64,000 nt of DNA, from positions 832,001-896,000 of the forward strand of contig CAWFKH010000003.1 of the NCBI GenBank assembly GCA_963816355.1, read 5' to 3'. Source of the DNA: an uncultured Gemmatimonadales bacterium (GTDB lineage Bacteria > Gemmatimonadota > Gemmatimonadetes > Longimicrobiales > RSA9). The notes below the pieces were generated by a model. The model saw nothing but the letters and a program-made list of their open reading frames with translations. It made no database searches and was not told the origin of the DNA. Position 1 is the stretch's first letter, and each line of letters starts with the position of its first letter. Below are positions 9,661 through 19,153 of the stretch, in pieces. The translations under genes were made by a program, and so were the position numbers.

Positions 9661-12341
9661 TACCGGCCGCCTCCCCGGGCCTGCTCCAGCGTCGCCTTCA
9701 CCTCGGCCGCCCAGTCGTGCACCACGAAGAGCTGCGGGCTGTCTCCCTTGAGGACCAGGAGCCTCTTCCCGTCCGGGGTCACGTCGTAGTTCGCGTGGGG
9801 CGCCGTGTAGGGAAGGTAGGTGTCGTTCATGAAGTCCTTCTGGGAGACGACGTGGAAGGTCGGCGTCCCGGACACCTCGGCCACCTTGAATTTTCCCTCC
9901 GAGCGGTAGAAGAGGCGGTGGCCGTCGCGGGACCACACCGGCTCGCTCCCGCCGCGGACGGACACCTGCACCTTGGCACCCGGACCCGGCAGAGCCTGGA
10001 CCACCACCTGGGGGCCCCCGCTCGCCGTGGTCACGTACGCGATCCACCGGCCGTCCGGCGATACCCGCGGCTGGTCCTCGCCGGCGCGGGCGGTCGCGAT
10101 CGGTACGGGGGATCGGCTGCCGTCGGCGGCCCGCATCAACACGTCGGCCTGTCCCATGTCCTGCTGGTAGACGATGTCCGCACCGTCCGGGGTCAGCATG
10201 GCCTCGAAATAGTCGGTGCTGTCGTCGGCGAGGAGGGGCGCGGCCGGAGCGCTCTGATCGGCCGGCTGCCACCAGATGGAGGACCGGGCGCCGCGAACGG
10301 TGCGGAAGAGAACCCGCTTTCCGTCGGGAGACCATTCGGGGCGCTCGTTGACGGAGCCCCCGCTGCTGAGCCTGGTCATGTTCCCCGACGCGACGTCCTC
10401 CACCCAGACGTCCAAAGCGGTGCCCGTGGCGATGGTCAGGGCGATCCTGGTCCCGTCGGGGGAGTAACGCGGATACCGATAGGCACGCGCGTCGGACAGG
10501 GCAAGCAGCGGGGTGTCTCCGGTGGCGTCGGCCAGCAGCAACGTCGCGTTCTGGCTGCCCCCCATGTACAGGAGGGTCCCGCCGGGGGAGAGCGCAGCCA
10601 CCGCCGCTCCCCACGGCGCGCCGACGACGCCGCTCGCCACCGCCACGGGCCGGCCTTGCACTCTGCCCGACGTGACGTCGAACGGCACCGCGAACAGGGT
10701 CCCCGTCTGATCGGCGTAGATGAGCCGACCGTCCAGCATCCCCAGGGGCGACGTCCCGGGAAGATCCAGGCGCCGGGCCTGGCCCGCCGCCAGGTCGAGG
10801 ATCCCGATGCGGGCCTCCTCGACGGCGCCCGCGCCCCAGCTCTCGTACAGCGCGTGCTTCCCGTCCGGCAGGGCCACCGGAAGGAGCTGCAGCGTCTCCC
10901 CGGCCGCACTGTCCAGCGGTGCGACCGGACGCGCGGCCCCGCCGGCGGCGGACGTGCGTTGGATCTCCGGGACGCCTGTGATGTTGAACAGGAGGTCTCC
11001 ACTCTTCGTCCACACGAGCGGGGAAGAGACGTTGCCGTACTCGCCGACCACCTGGGGTGCGCCCCCGTCCAGGGAGATCCTCTCGACCCGGCCGGCCGAC
11101 CAGAAGGCGATCGTCGTCCCGTCGGGCGAGAACGCCGGAGTGAAGCCGTCCTCGGATCCGGGCACGACGCGCGCGGCCGCCTCGTCCAGGCGGCGCACGT
11201 AGATCCTCTGTGTACCCTGCCGGTCGAGGGCCGGAAAGGCCACCATGGACCCATCCGTGGAGATAGCGAGATCGGAGCTTCCGGCATCCGTGAAATGCGG
11301 CTGAAAGCCTTCGGGCAGCGCCACCGTGAAGCGGACCACGGCGTCGGGGCGAGCGCCCCGCAGACCCCCGCGCGCCCCGTACGTCATCACCGATGATGAC
11401 AGCGCCAGCAGGGCGAGCAGCCAGACAACCGGGTTGCGGAGGTTCGCCCTCCAACCCGTGGCCGGCGCCCCGCCCTGCGCCCCTCGTGCCGCGAGAGCCG
11501 GAGCGCTCGCCGGGTTCTCCAGCGCCTCGGCGAACGCCTGGGCCGTGGCGAAGCGGTCGGCGGGCAGCTTCTCCAGCGCGGTGAGCACCGCGGCGTCCAC
11601 GTGGTGAGGGATCGTATGGCGCTGCCCCGTGAGGGAGCGCGGAGCCTCGGTGAGCATGCGTGCCGCGATGGCCTGGGCGGTGGAGCCGGTGAAGGGCGGG
11701 TCGCCGGTGAGCATCTCGTAGACGACGCACCCCAGCGAGTAGACGTCCGCCCGGGCGTCGATCTCCCGCTCCCCCATGGCCTGCTCGGGGCTCATGTAGG
11801 TGGGCGTGCCCAGGCTCATCCCCGTCTCCGTCATGCGCGACGAGCCGGCGGTGCTCACCGCCAGGGCGATGCCGAAGTCCGCCACCAGGGGCTGGCCGTC
11901 GTGGAGGAGGATGTTCTCGGGCTTGATGTCCCGGTGGATGACGTCCCGGCGGTGGGCGTAGTCCAGGGCCGACGCCACGGCCACGGCGATCTTCAGCGCC
12001 TCGGCGACCGGGAGGTGCTTCTCCCGGTCGAGGCGGTCCCGCAGCGACTCCCCGTCGATGTAGGGCATCACGTAGAACAGGAAGGACTCGGCCTCGCCGG
12101 AGTCGAAGAGCGGGAGGATGTGCGGGTGCTGGAGGTTGGCCGTGGTGCGGATCTCGGCCAGGAAGCGCTCGGCGCCGATGACCGCGGCCAGCTCGGGGCG
12201 GAGCACCTTGAGCGCGACCTTCCTGTCGTGCCGGAGATCCTGGGCCAGGTACACCGTGGCCATGCCACCCTCACCGACCTCGCGCTCGATGCGGTAGCGA
12301 TCGGAGAGGGCCTGAGCCAGTCGCTCGGCGACGCTATCCAC
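9660..12341 (-). CDS. Receptor-like Ser/Thr kinase K5 (divergent kinase type), 893 aa
   Basis: GEGGMATVY, HRDIKPEN, DFGIA, GTPTYMSPE; TM VVWLLALLALSSSVMTY; PD40-like repeats. Confidence 0.92.
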   Translation of the reverse strand: MDSVAERLAQALSDRYRIEREVGEGGMATVYLAQDLRHDRKVALKVLRPELAAVIGAERFLAEIRTTANLQHPHILPLFDSGEAESFLFYVMPYIDGESLRDRLDREKHLPVAEALKIAVAVASALDYAHRRDVIHRDIKPENILLHDGQPLVADFGIALAVSTAGSSRMTETGMSLGTPTYMSPEQAMGEREIDARADVYSLGCVVYEMLTGDPPFTGSTAQAIAARMLTEAPRSLTGQRHTIPHHVDAAVLTALEKLPADRFATAQAFAEALENPASAPALAARGAQGGAPATGWRANLRNPVVWLLALLALSSSVMTYGARGGLRGARPDAVVRFTVALPEGFQPHFTDAGSSDLAISTDGSMVAFPALDRQGTQRIYVRRLDEAAARVVPGSEDGFTPAFSPDGTTIAFWSAGRVERISLDGGAPQVVGEYGNVSSPLVWTKSGDLLFNITGVPEIQRTSAAGGAARPVAPLDSAAGETLQLLPVALPDGKHALYESWGAGAVEEARIGILDLAAGQARRLDLPGTSPLGMLDGRLIYADQTGTLFAVPFDVTSGRVQGRPVAVASGVVGAPWGAAVAALSPGGTLLYMGGSQNATLLLADATGDTPLLALSDARAYRYPRYSPDGTRIALTIATGTALDVWVEDVASGNMTRLSSGGSVNERPEWSPDGKRVLFRTVRGARSSIWWQPADQSAPAAPLLADDSTDYFEAMLTPDGADIVYQQDMGQADVLMRAADGSRSPVPIATARAGEDQPRVSPDGRWIAYVTTASGGPQVVVQALPGPGAKVQVSVRGGSEPVWSRDGHRLFYRSEGKFKVAEVSGTPTFHVVSQKDFMNDTYLPYTAPHANYDVTPDGKRLLVLKGDSPQLFVVHDWAAEVKATLEQARGGGR

Positions 12342-12361
12342 GGAGGCTCATCCGCATCGTC

Positions 12362-15028
12362 TCATCGACCTCCGGAGCCGCGCATCCGCGCGGCCAGCTC
12401 GGTGCCCCATCCGTAGGCGATGTCGTACTCCGGGGTCCGGACACTCCGGACCATCAGTAGCCGGGTGCCGTCCGGCGAAACGTCGTAGTTGGCGTGTGGG
12501 TTCGGGGCGAAGGCGTAGGTGTCGGCAAAGAGGTCGGTCCGACCGGTGACGGTGAATCCCCCGGCGGTGCTCACGGATGCGGCGACGAGGTCGCGACCAT
12601 CGCGGTAGAAGATCCGCTTCCCGTCCCGCGCCCACACGGGCTCGGCGCCGCCCGAGACCGAGATCTGCACCTGGCCGCCGGGGCCCGGAAACGGTTGCAC
12701 CACGACCTGCGACGTTCCCGATGCGTTGGTCACGAAGGCCACCCAATGCCCGTCGGGGGAGACGCGCGGCTGCGCTTCCGCGAATCGCGTCGCCGCAACG
12801 GGGTGGGACGCCGTGTCGCCCTCGATCGCCCGATACAGGATGTCGGCCTGGGTCACCCCCCCATCGTCCACCTGATATACGAGGGTCCTGCCGTCCGGTG
12901 TGATCACGCCCTCGAAGAAGCCGTGCGACTCGGCCGCCTGCAACGGCGTCGCGGGCGAGCTCTGGTCGGCTGGCTGCCACCAGATCGCCGTCCGGCCGCT
13001 GCGATCCGAGCGATAAAGCACGCGACGCCCATCGGGGGTCCACTCGGGGCGATCGTTCTGGGTGCCGGAGTTGGTGATCCGCGTCGGCGTACGCGACGCG
13101 AGGTCGTAGAGCAGGATGTCCGAGCGTCCTTCGGTCCCCACCGCCACGGCGATGCGCTTCCCGTCGGGAGAGAGCCGAGGAAAGGCGTAGGCTTCGGGCT
13201 TGGACAGGACCGGAGTGAACGGACCGCTCGGCTCCACCCAACCCAGCGTCCCTTCCCGGGTTGCCGGCTCGTACACGAGGGTCCCGGTAGGCGACAGGTC
13301 CGCGGTGGCGGCTGCAGCCAGCGTCGTGGCGACGAGGGGCCCGAGCGCCACCGGCGTTCCGGTCGCCCTTCCGCCGTCGAGATCGAAGGGAACGCCCATC
13401 AGGGCGCCGGAGGGCAGGACGTAGACGAGGGTCCCGTCCACGTAGCCGAGCACGTCCCGGAGCGTCATGTCGAATCGTCGGACTGCTCCCGTCTCCAGCG
13501 TCACCTCGGCCAGACGGGTCTCGGCCAGCCCCTCCGCCGGCGTAATGGTGAACAGCGCCGTCTTTCCGTCCGGCAGCGCGAGCGGCTGCCTGTAGAATTC
13601 AACTGTGGTGGAGTCCACGCTAGCCAGTAACCGCGACGCGCCGCCGTCCGCCGGAAACACGACGAGGCCGGGCGCGGCGGCGACGATGATCCGACCGGAC
13701 GCGCTCCACGATATCCCGATGGAAGGGGCCCCGGCGTCTCCGACCTGCACCGGTGTGCCACCGGTGGTCGGGACCTTCCGGACCGTCGTGCCGACGAAGT
13801 AGGCGATCCACTTGCCGTCGGGCGAAAAGCAGGGCTGCTGCGCTCCGTCCGTTCCGGCGATCACGTGGACATCGGGCTCGCTGAGCGGCCGAACGTACAG
13901 CCGCGACGTACCCGTCGAATCGGAAAGCGCATAGGCGACCGCGCTTCCGTCGGGGGAGACGGCCACGTTCGTGCCGAGGCCTGCGTTGGTGATGAGCATC
14001 GTCGACGGCAACGGGATCTTGAGCCGCACCACGGGGCGCGGCGCCTCGCGGTGCGCGGCACGCCACTGCGACGCCGCGACGCCGACGGTGGCCACCAGTG
14101 CCGCCACCAGGCCGAGAACGAGGGGGTGACGGGTCAGCCTGCGGACGGTCAGGGCACCGCTCGGGAGCGCACCCGTTGCGGTGGCCGTGGAGAAGTGCGG
14201 ATCCGCCAGCGCGTCCGCGAACGCCTTCGCGCTGTCGAACCGGTCGGCCGGCAGCTTCTCCAGCGCCTTCGCGACGGCGGCCGCCACGTTCGGCGGCACC
14301 GATCTCCTGAGCTTCGTGACCGGCGCCGCCTCCTCCGTCACGATCTTCATGATGATCTGCTGCGCCGAGCTGCCCGTGTGCGGCGGATCGCCCGTGAGCA
14401 TCTCGTACAGCACGCTCGCCAGCGAATAGACGTCGCTGCGCCCGGTGATCTCCTTCTCCGCCGTCGCCTGCTCCGGACTCATGTAGTGCGGCGTGCCGAG
14501 GCTGAGCCCTGTCTCCGTCATGCGCCCACCGGCCGCGGCTGAAACGGCCAGCGCGATGCCGAAGTCGGCCACCATCGGCCGGCCGTCGTGCAGCAGGATG
14601 TTCTCGGGCTTGATGTCGCGGTGGATCACCCCGTGGCGGTGCGCGTAGTCCAGTGCGTCGGCCACCTCGCGCGTGATCCGGACCGCCTCGTCGACGCCGA
14701 GCTGCGTCTCCCGATTCAGCTTGTCCCGCAGAGTTTCGCCCTCGACGTACGGCATGACGTAGAAGAGGAAGCCGTCGGCGGTGCCGGAGTCGAAGAGCGG
14801 CAGGATGTGCGGGTGCTGGAGCTGCGCGGTGGTGGTGATCTCCTGGATGAAGCGGTCGGCACCCAGCACGGCGGCGAGCTCCGGCTTCAGCACCTTGATG
14901 GCGACCTGCCGCTGGTGGCGCAGGTCCTCGGCGAGGTAGACGGTCGCCATGCCGCCCTGCCCCAGCCCCCGCTCGATCCGGTAGCGGTCGGCCAGGGCGG
15001 CGGCGAGGCGTTCGGGGGATGGAGTCAA
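12362..15028 (-). CDS. Receptor-like Ser/Thr kinase K6, 888 aa
   Basis: TTG start; intact Hanks motifs; TM LVLGLVAALVATVGVAA; PD40-like repeats. Confidence 0.92.
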   Translation of the reverse strand: MTPSPERLAAALADRYRIERGLGQGGMATVYLAEDLRHQRQVAIKVLKPELAAVLGADRFIQEITTTAQLQHPHILPLFDSGTADGFLFYVMPYVEGETLRDKLNRETQLGVDEAVRITREVADALDYAHRHGVIHRDIKPENILLHDGRPMVADFGIALAVSAAAGGRMTETGLSLGTPHYMSPEQATAEKEITGRSDVYSLASVLYEMLTGDPPHTGSSAQQIIMKIVTEEAAPVTKLRRSVPPNVAAAVAKALEKLPADRFDSAKAFADALADPHFSTATATGALPSGALTVRRLTRHPLVLGLVAALVATVGVAASQWRAAHREAPRPVVRLKIPLPSTMLITNAGLGTNVAVSPDGSAVAYALSDSTGTSRLYVRPLSEPDVHVIAGTDGAQQPCFSPDGKWIAYFVGTTVRKVPTTGGTPVQVGDAGAPSIGISWSASGRIIVAAAPGLVVFPADGGASRLLASVDSTTVEFYRQPLALPDGKTALFTITPAEGLAETRLAEVTLETGAVRRFDMTLRDVLGYVDGTLVYVLPSGALMGVPFDLDGGRATGTPVALGPLVATTLAAAATADLSPTGTLVYEPATREGTLGWVEPSGPFTPVLSKPEAYAFPRLSPDGKRIAVAVGTEGRSDILLYDLASRTPTRITNSGTQNDRPEWTPDGRRVLYRSDRSGRTAIWWQPADQSSPATPLQAAESHGFFEGVITPDGRTLVYQVDDGGVTQADILYRAIEGDTASHPVAATRFAEAQPRVSPDGHWVAFVTNASGTSQVVVQPFPGPGGQVQISVSGGAEPVWARDGKRIFYRDGRDLVAASVSTAGGFTVTGRTDLFADTYAFAPNPHANYDVSPDGTRLLMVRSVRTPEYDIAYGWGTELAARMRGSGGR

Positions 15029-15041
15029 GGCCGTCTCGGCG

Positions 15042-16262
15042 TCAGTGGAGCACGGCGATGGCGGAAGCGACGAGCCAGCCGAGGCCGATGATGCCGAGGA
15101 GAGCGTACTCGACGAGGGTCGCCCGCTGCCGTCCCCGCTCCCCGTGGAACCAGGCGACGACGGCGGACGCCGAGACGGCGGCGACCGCGAAGATCACGGT
15201 AAGGAGCTTGGTCTTCGGAGGCAGCATGTCTTCCAGGGCGTCGGCGAGCTGGATGAGACCCGCGCACGCGCCGGCGACCAAGAGGACGACCTGCGGCACG
15301 CGCCGCCGCAGCAGCCTCGTGAGGTCGCTGTCGCCGCCGTCAGCGGATACCGCCGAGCCGGCGGCGGTCGACGCGTGTTGGGGGCCGAGCGCGCGCACCA
15401 CGTCCCTGGCGGAGGGGCGGTGGAGCGGCTCTCGCGCCAGGCACCGCCGCAGGAGGTCGGCGACCGCGGCCGGCACTTCCGGCCGCATCGCGCGAAGGTC
15501 GCGCGGCTCCTGCTGGAGGTGCGCGCGGATCCAGTCGGCGGTGCTGCGCGCCTCGTACGGGCTCTCTCCCGCGAGCAGCTCGTAGCCGAGGACGCCGAAG
15601 AGGTACATGTCCGCCAACTCCGTCGCTTCGCCGCCGGCGAGCTGTTCCGGGCTGAGGTAGTGCGGGTCTCCGATGAGCTGACCGGCCTGCGTGAGCCGCG
15701 GCGCGCCGGGATCGGGGTCGAGCACCGCGGCGATGCCGAAGTCGGTCAGCAGGGCGCGGCCGTTCTCCTCGTCCCACAACACGTTGCCGGGTCGTACGTC
15801 GCGGTGGACGATGCCGTTCGCGTGCGCGGCGGCCAGGGCGGAGGCGACCTCGCGAAGCACGGCGACGCCCTGCGCGACCGGGAGCTTCCCTTCCGCCATC
15901 AGCCGCTCCTCCATCGTGCGTCCCTTCACGTACTGCATGACGAGGAAGGGCGTGCCGTCGGGGAGCTGGCCGAATCGCGTGACCGTGACGGCGTTCGGGT
16001 GCTCGCCGAGCGAGGCCGCCGCGCGCGCCTCCCGCTCGAAGCGCTTGCGCGCCGTGTCGTCGCTCACGCGGCCCGGACGAAGTACCTTCACCGCGACGGA
16101 CACGCCGAGGGCGCGGTCCTTGGCGAGGTACACCGTGGCCATGGAGCCGCGGCCGAGCGGCCGGACGACGTCGTAGTCGGCGCCGAGCGAGGCGCGCACC
16201 TCGTCCAGCGACCGGTGATCGCCCTCGCTGGCGGCGGCGTGCGCGGAAATCGGGTTGTCCAT
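15042..16262 (-). CDS. Ser/Thr kinase K7 with C-terminal ~3-TM module and no ectodomain, 406 aa
   Basis: GRGSMATVY, VAVKVL, HRDVRPGN, DFGIA, GDPHYLSPE; three hydrophobic segments at the C-terminus. Confidence 0.85.
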   Translation of the reverse strand: MDNPISAHAAASEGDHRSLDEVRASLGADYDVVRPLGRGSMATVYLAKDRALGVSVAVKVLRPGRVSDDTARKRFEREARAAASLGEHPNAVTVTRFGQLPDGTPFLVMQYVKGRTMEERLMAEGKLPVAQGVAVLREVASALAAAHANGIVHRDVRPGNVLWDEENGRALLTDFGIAAVLDPDPGAPRLTQAGQLIGDPHYLSPEQLAGGEATELADMYLFGVLGYELLAGESPYEARSTADWIRAHLQQEPRDLRAMRPEVPAAVADLLRRCLAREPLHRPSARDVVRALGPQHASTAAGSAVSADGGDSDLTRLLRRRVPQVVLLVAGACAGLIQLADALEDMLPPKTKLLTVIFAVAAVSASAVVAWFHGERGRQRATLVEYALLGIIGLGWLVASAIAVLH

Positions 16263-16419
16263 GAGGCCTGTAGCTTACGCCGTCGCGGGCGCCGATGAAA
16301 GACTTCCGCTCCGCGCCGCCGGCGAGCGTTCTTGCGAATCCCCGGTCCGTTCGCAATCCTCAGCGACGTGCCGTCGGCACGGATCCATCGGGAAATCCAT
16401 CCGTCTCCGAGGAGGGAAG

Positions 16420-16866
16420 ATGAGGAAGAGCTTCCGCATCACCGGTGCGCTGGCCCTGCTCCTCCTGCTGCCCGGTTGCTACCACGCGGTGATCAACACC
16501 GGTCGGCCGGCATCGGGACAGACGATCGAGAAACAGTGGGCGCACAGCTTCCTCTACGGGCTGGTGCCGCCGAACGTGGTGGAGACGGCGTCCGAGTGTC
16601 CGAGCGGCGTCGCCAAGGTCGAGACGCAACACAGCTTCCTCAACATGGTCGCGTACATTCTCACCGGCGGCATCTATTCGCCGATGATGATCACCGTATC
16701 GTGCGCCTCCGAAGCGGGCGGCACCGGCGCGAGCGCCTCCGCCGCGATGCCGTCCGGCGCCTTCGACGCGGACGCCGCGTCGCGCGAAGCCTCGCGGGAG
16801 GCGATGCAGGCGGCGTCGCAGTGGTCGCTGGAGAACGGCGCTCCAGCGTACGTCCGCTTCCGCTAG
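16420..16866 (+). CDS. Bor/Iss-like lipoprotein
   Basis: ATG after GGAGGG; lipobox LLPGC; Bor-like pattern WAHSFLYGL...C..G...VET..SFLN......TGGIYSP....V.C. Confidence 0.7.
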   Translation: MRKSFRITGALALLLLLPGCYHAVINTGRPASGQTIEKQWAHSFLYGLVPPNVVETASECPSGVAKVETQHSFLNMVAYILTGGIYSPMMITVSCASEAGGTGASASAAMPSGAFDADAASREASREAMQAASQWSLENGAPAYVRFR

Positions 16867-17031
16867 CCGCATCCGGAGCGGGCCGCGGGCCGCGGCCGTC
16901 CCGGCAGCTCGGCCCGGAGCGCGCGGGTGGACCCTCACCCGGCGCGCTCCGGGCGCCGTCGAGGGAACCCACCCGCGTCCGCCCGGTAGCATCGAGCGCA
17001 GTCGCACCGAACCCTCGCACCCCTGGATCCC

Positions 17032-19092
17032 ATGCCCACTGGAATGCTCCGTGCCGGCCGCGTCGCCGGCGTATCGTTGCTCGCGCTCGCGCTCGCGGCG
17101 CCGCTCGCGGCACAGGCGCCCGCGGCCCGTGCGCAGGCCTCCCCGACGCTCGGCGTCGACACGACCCACTTCGACCACGGTGTCCGCCCGCAGGACGACT
17201 TCTACCGCTTCGTCAACGGCGGCTGGCTGAAGGAGACGCAGATCCCGGCCGACCGCTCGCGCTACGGCAGCTTCGACGCGTTGTCGGACGAGAGCGAGGT
17301 CGCCGTGCGCCAGATCGTCGAGTCCGCGGCCGCCGCGCAGGACCGCGCGCCGGGCAGCGACCTTCAGAAGGTGGGCGATCTCTACCGCAGCTACATGGAC
17401 ACGGCGCGCATCGAGGCGGCGGGCCTGACGCCGGTGCGGCCGGAGCTCGAGCGCATCGCGGCGCTGAAGGACCGCTCGCAGCTGCCGGAGCTGTTCGCGG
17501 CGCTGGCGATGGAGGGCGTCTCCACGCCGTTCGGCTTCTTCGTGACGCAGGACCAGAAGCAGGCGACGCGCTACATCGCCTACGTCAGCCAGAGCGGGCT
17601 GGGCCTCCCGGATCGCGACTACTACCTGAAGACGGAGCCGAATTTCGAGAAGATCCGCTCCGCCTACGCCGACTACATTGACCGCCTCTTCCGCCTCGCC
17701 GGTGAGGACGCGACGGACGCGTCGAAGACGGTGATCGCACTGGAGACGCGCCTCGCCGCAAAGCAGTGGGAGCGCGCGCGCAATCGCGACCGGGAGGCGA
17801 CCTACAACCGCATGAGCGTGGCCGCCCTCGACTCGCTCACGCCGAACTTCTCCTGGCCCCGCTTCATCGATGCTGCCGGCGCGTCGAAGACGCCCGGCGT
17901 CGTCGTGCGGCAGCCGGACTACGTCGCCGCGGCGGATTCGATTCTGGCGACGACGCCACTGCCGGCGCTCCAGACCTATCTCACCTTCAAGGTCCTGGAC
18001 GACGCCGCATCCTTCCTGAGCAGCCCGTTCGCGGAAGCGCGCTTCGACTTCCGCGGGAAGGTGCTCTCGGGGCAGCAGGAGGAGCGTCCGCGCTGGAAGC
18101 GGGGTGTGGGCGTCGTGGACGGCATCCTCGGCGAGGCGACCGGCCGGCTGTACGTGGAGAAGCACTTCACGCCCGCGCAGAAGGCGCGCATGAAGGCGCT
18201 CGTCTCGAACCTCCTCGACGCCTTCCACGAGGGGATCGAGCAGCTCACCTGGATGAGCCCCCAGACCAAGGAGCAGGCGCAGGCGAAGCTGGCCAAGTTC
18301 ACCGTCAAGATCGGTTATCCGGACAAGTGGGAGGACTACTCGAAGCTGCGCATCACGGGCGACGACCTCTTCGGCAACCTGCGCCGCGCGAGTGCATTCG
18401 GCTGGCAGCGCATGGTCGACCGACTCGGCGGCCCGATCGATCGCCAGCAGTGGGGAATGACGCCGCAGACGGTGAACGCGTACTACAATCCGTCGATGAA
18501 CGAGATCGTCTTCCCGGCGGCGATCCTGCAGCCGCCCTTCTTCAACCCGGATGCCGACGACGCGGTCAACTACGGCGCGATCGGCGCCGTGATCGGCCAC
18601 GAGATCAGCCACGGCTTCGACGACCAGGGCGCCCGCTCCGACGGCGACGGCAACCTCCGCAACTGGTGGACCGACGCGGACCAGCGCGAGTTCAAGGCGC
18701 GCACCGACGCGCTCGCGGCACAGTACAGCGCCTTCGAGCCGATGGAGGGACAGCACATCAACGGACGCCTGACGCTCGGCGAGAACATCGGCGACCTGAG
18801 CGGCCTCACCATCGCCTACAAGGCGTACAAGCGCTCGCTGAACGGCAAGGCCGCTCCGGTGATCGACGGCTACACCGCCGATCAGCGCTTCTTCCTCGGC
18901 TGGGCGCAGATCTGGCGCAGCCTGTATCGCGACGAGGCGCTGCGCCAGCAATTGATGACGAATCCGCACTCGCCCGGCGAGTACCGCACCGACGGCGTGC
19001 TGCGCAACATGCCGGAGTTCTACGCCGCCTTCGACGTCCAGCCGGGCGACGGCATGTACCTCGCGCCCGACCAGCGCGTCAAGATCTGGTGA
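17032..19092 (+). CDS. M13-family (neprilysin/PepO-like) zinc metallopeptidase with signal peptide
   Basis: VNAYY, HEISH zinc motif, GENIGD, HSP, N-terminal signal peptide. Confidence 0.93.
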   Translation: MPTGMLRAGRVAGVSLLALALAAPLAAQAPAARAQASPTLGVDTTHFDHGVRPQDDFYRFVNGGWLKETQIPADRSRYGSFDALSDESEVAVRQIVESAAAAQDRAPGSDLQKVGDLYRSYMDTARIEAAGLTPVRPELERIAALKDRSQLPELFAALAMEGVSTPFGFFVTQDQKQATRYIAYVSQSGLGLPDRDYYLKTEPNFEKIRSAYADYIDRLFRLAGEDATDASKTVIALETRLAAKQWERARNRDREATYNRMSVAALDSLTPNFSWPRFIDAAGASKTPGVVVRQPDYVAAADSILATTPLPALQTYLTFKVLDDAASFLSSPFAEARFDFRGKVLSGQQEERPRWKRGVGVVDGILGEATGRLYVEKHFTPAQKARMKALVSNLLDAFHEGIEQLTWMSPQTKEQAQAKLAKFTVKIGYPDKWEDYSKLRITGDDLFGNLRRASAFGWQRMVDRLGGPIDRQQWGMTPQTVNAYYNPSMNEIVFPAAILQPPFFNPDADDAVNYGAIGAVIGHEISHGFDDQGARSDGDGNLRNWWTDADQREFKARTDALAAQYSAFEPMEGQHINGRLTLGENIGDLSGLTIAYKAYKRSLNGKAAPVIDGYTADQRFFLGWAQIWRSLYRDEALRQQLMTNPHSPGEYRTDGVLRNMPEFYAAFDVQPGDGMYLAPDQRVKIW

Positions 19093-19138
19093 ACCGCGGC
19101 GGCCCGGGCCGCGCATGGCCCGGGCCCGCCCGCCGCGG

Positions 19139-19153
19139 TAGCTTGGCCGCATG
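19139..19153 (+). promoter_or_regulatory. -10 element directly upstream of a start codon (candidate leaderless transcript)
   Basis: TAGCTT at 19139-19144, ATG 6 nt downstream, no SD sequence. Confidence 0.4.

Noticed and set aside
6955..11730. 1591-aa ORF suggesting a giant fused kinase; similar N-terminal extensions on ORFs 279..2942, 1586..4636 and 5618..7525
   Set aside because: The extensions are off-frame read-through of the upstream gene (Arg/Pro/Gly-rich). True starts are the GTGs overlapping the previous stop codons.
1..15028. Diversity-generating retroelement or invertase shufflon as the diversifier of the kinase array
   Set aside because: No reverse transcriptase, recombinase, template/variable repeat pair or inverted cassettes were seen; all copies are full-length direct paralogs.
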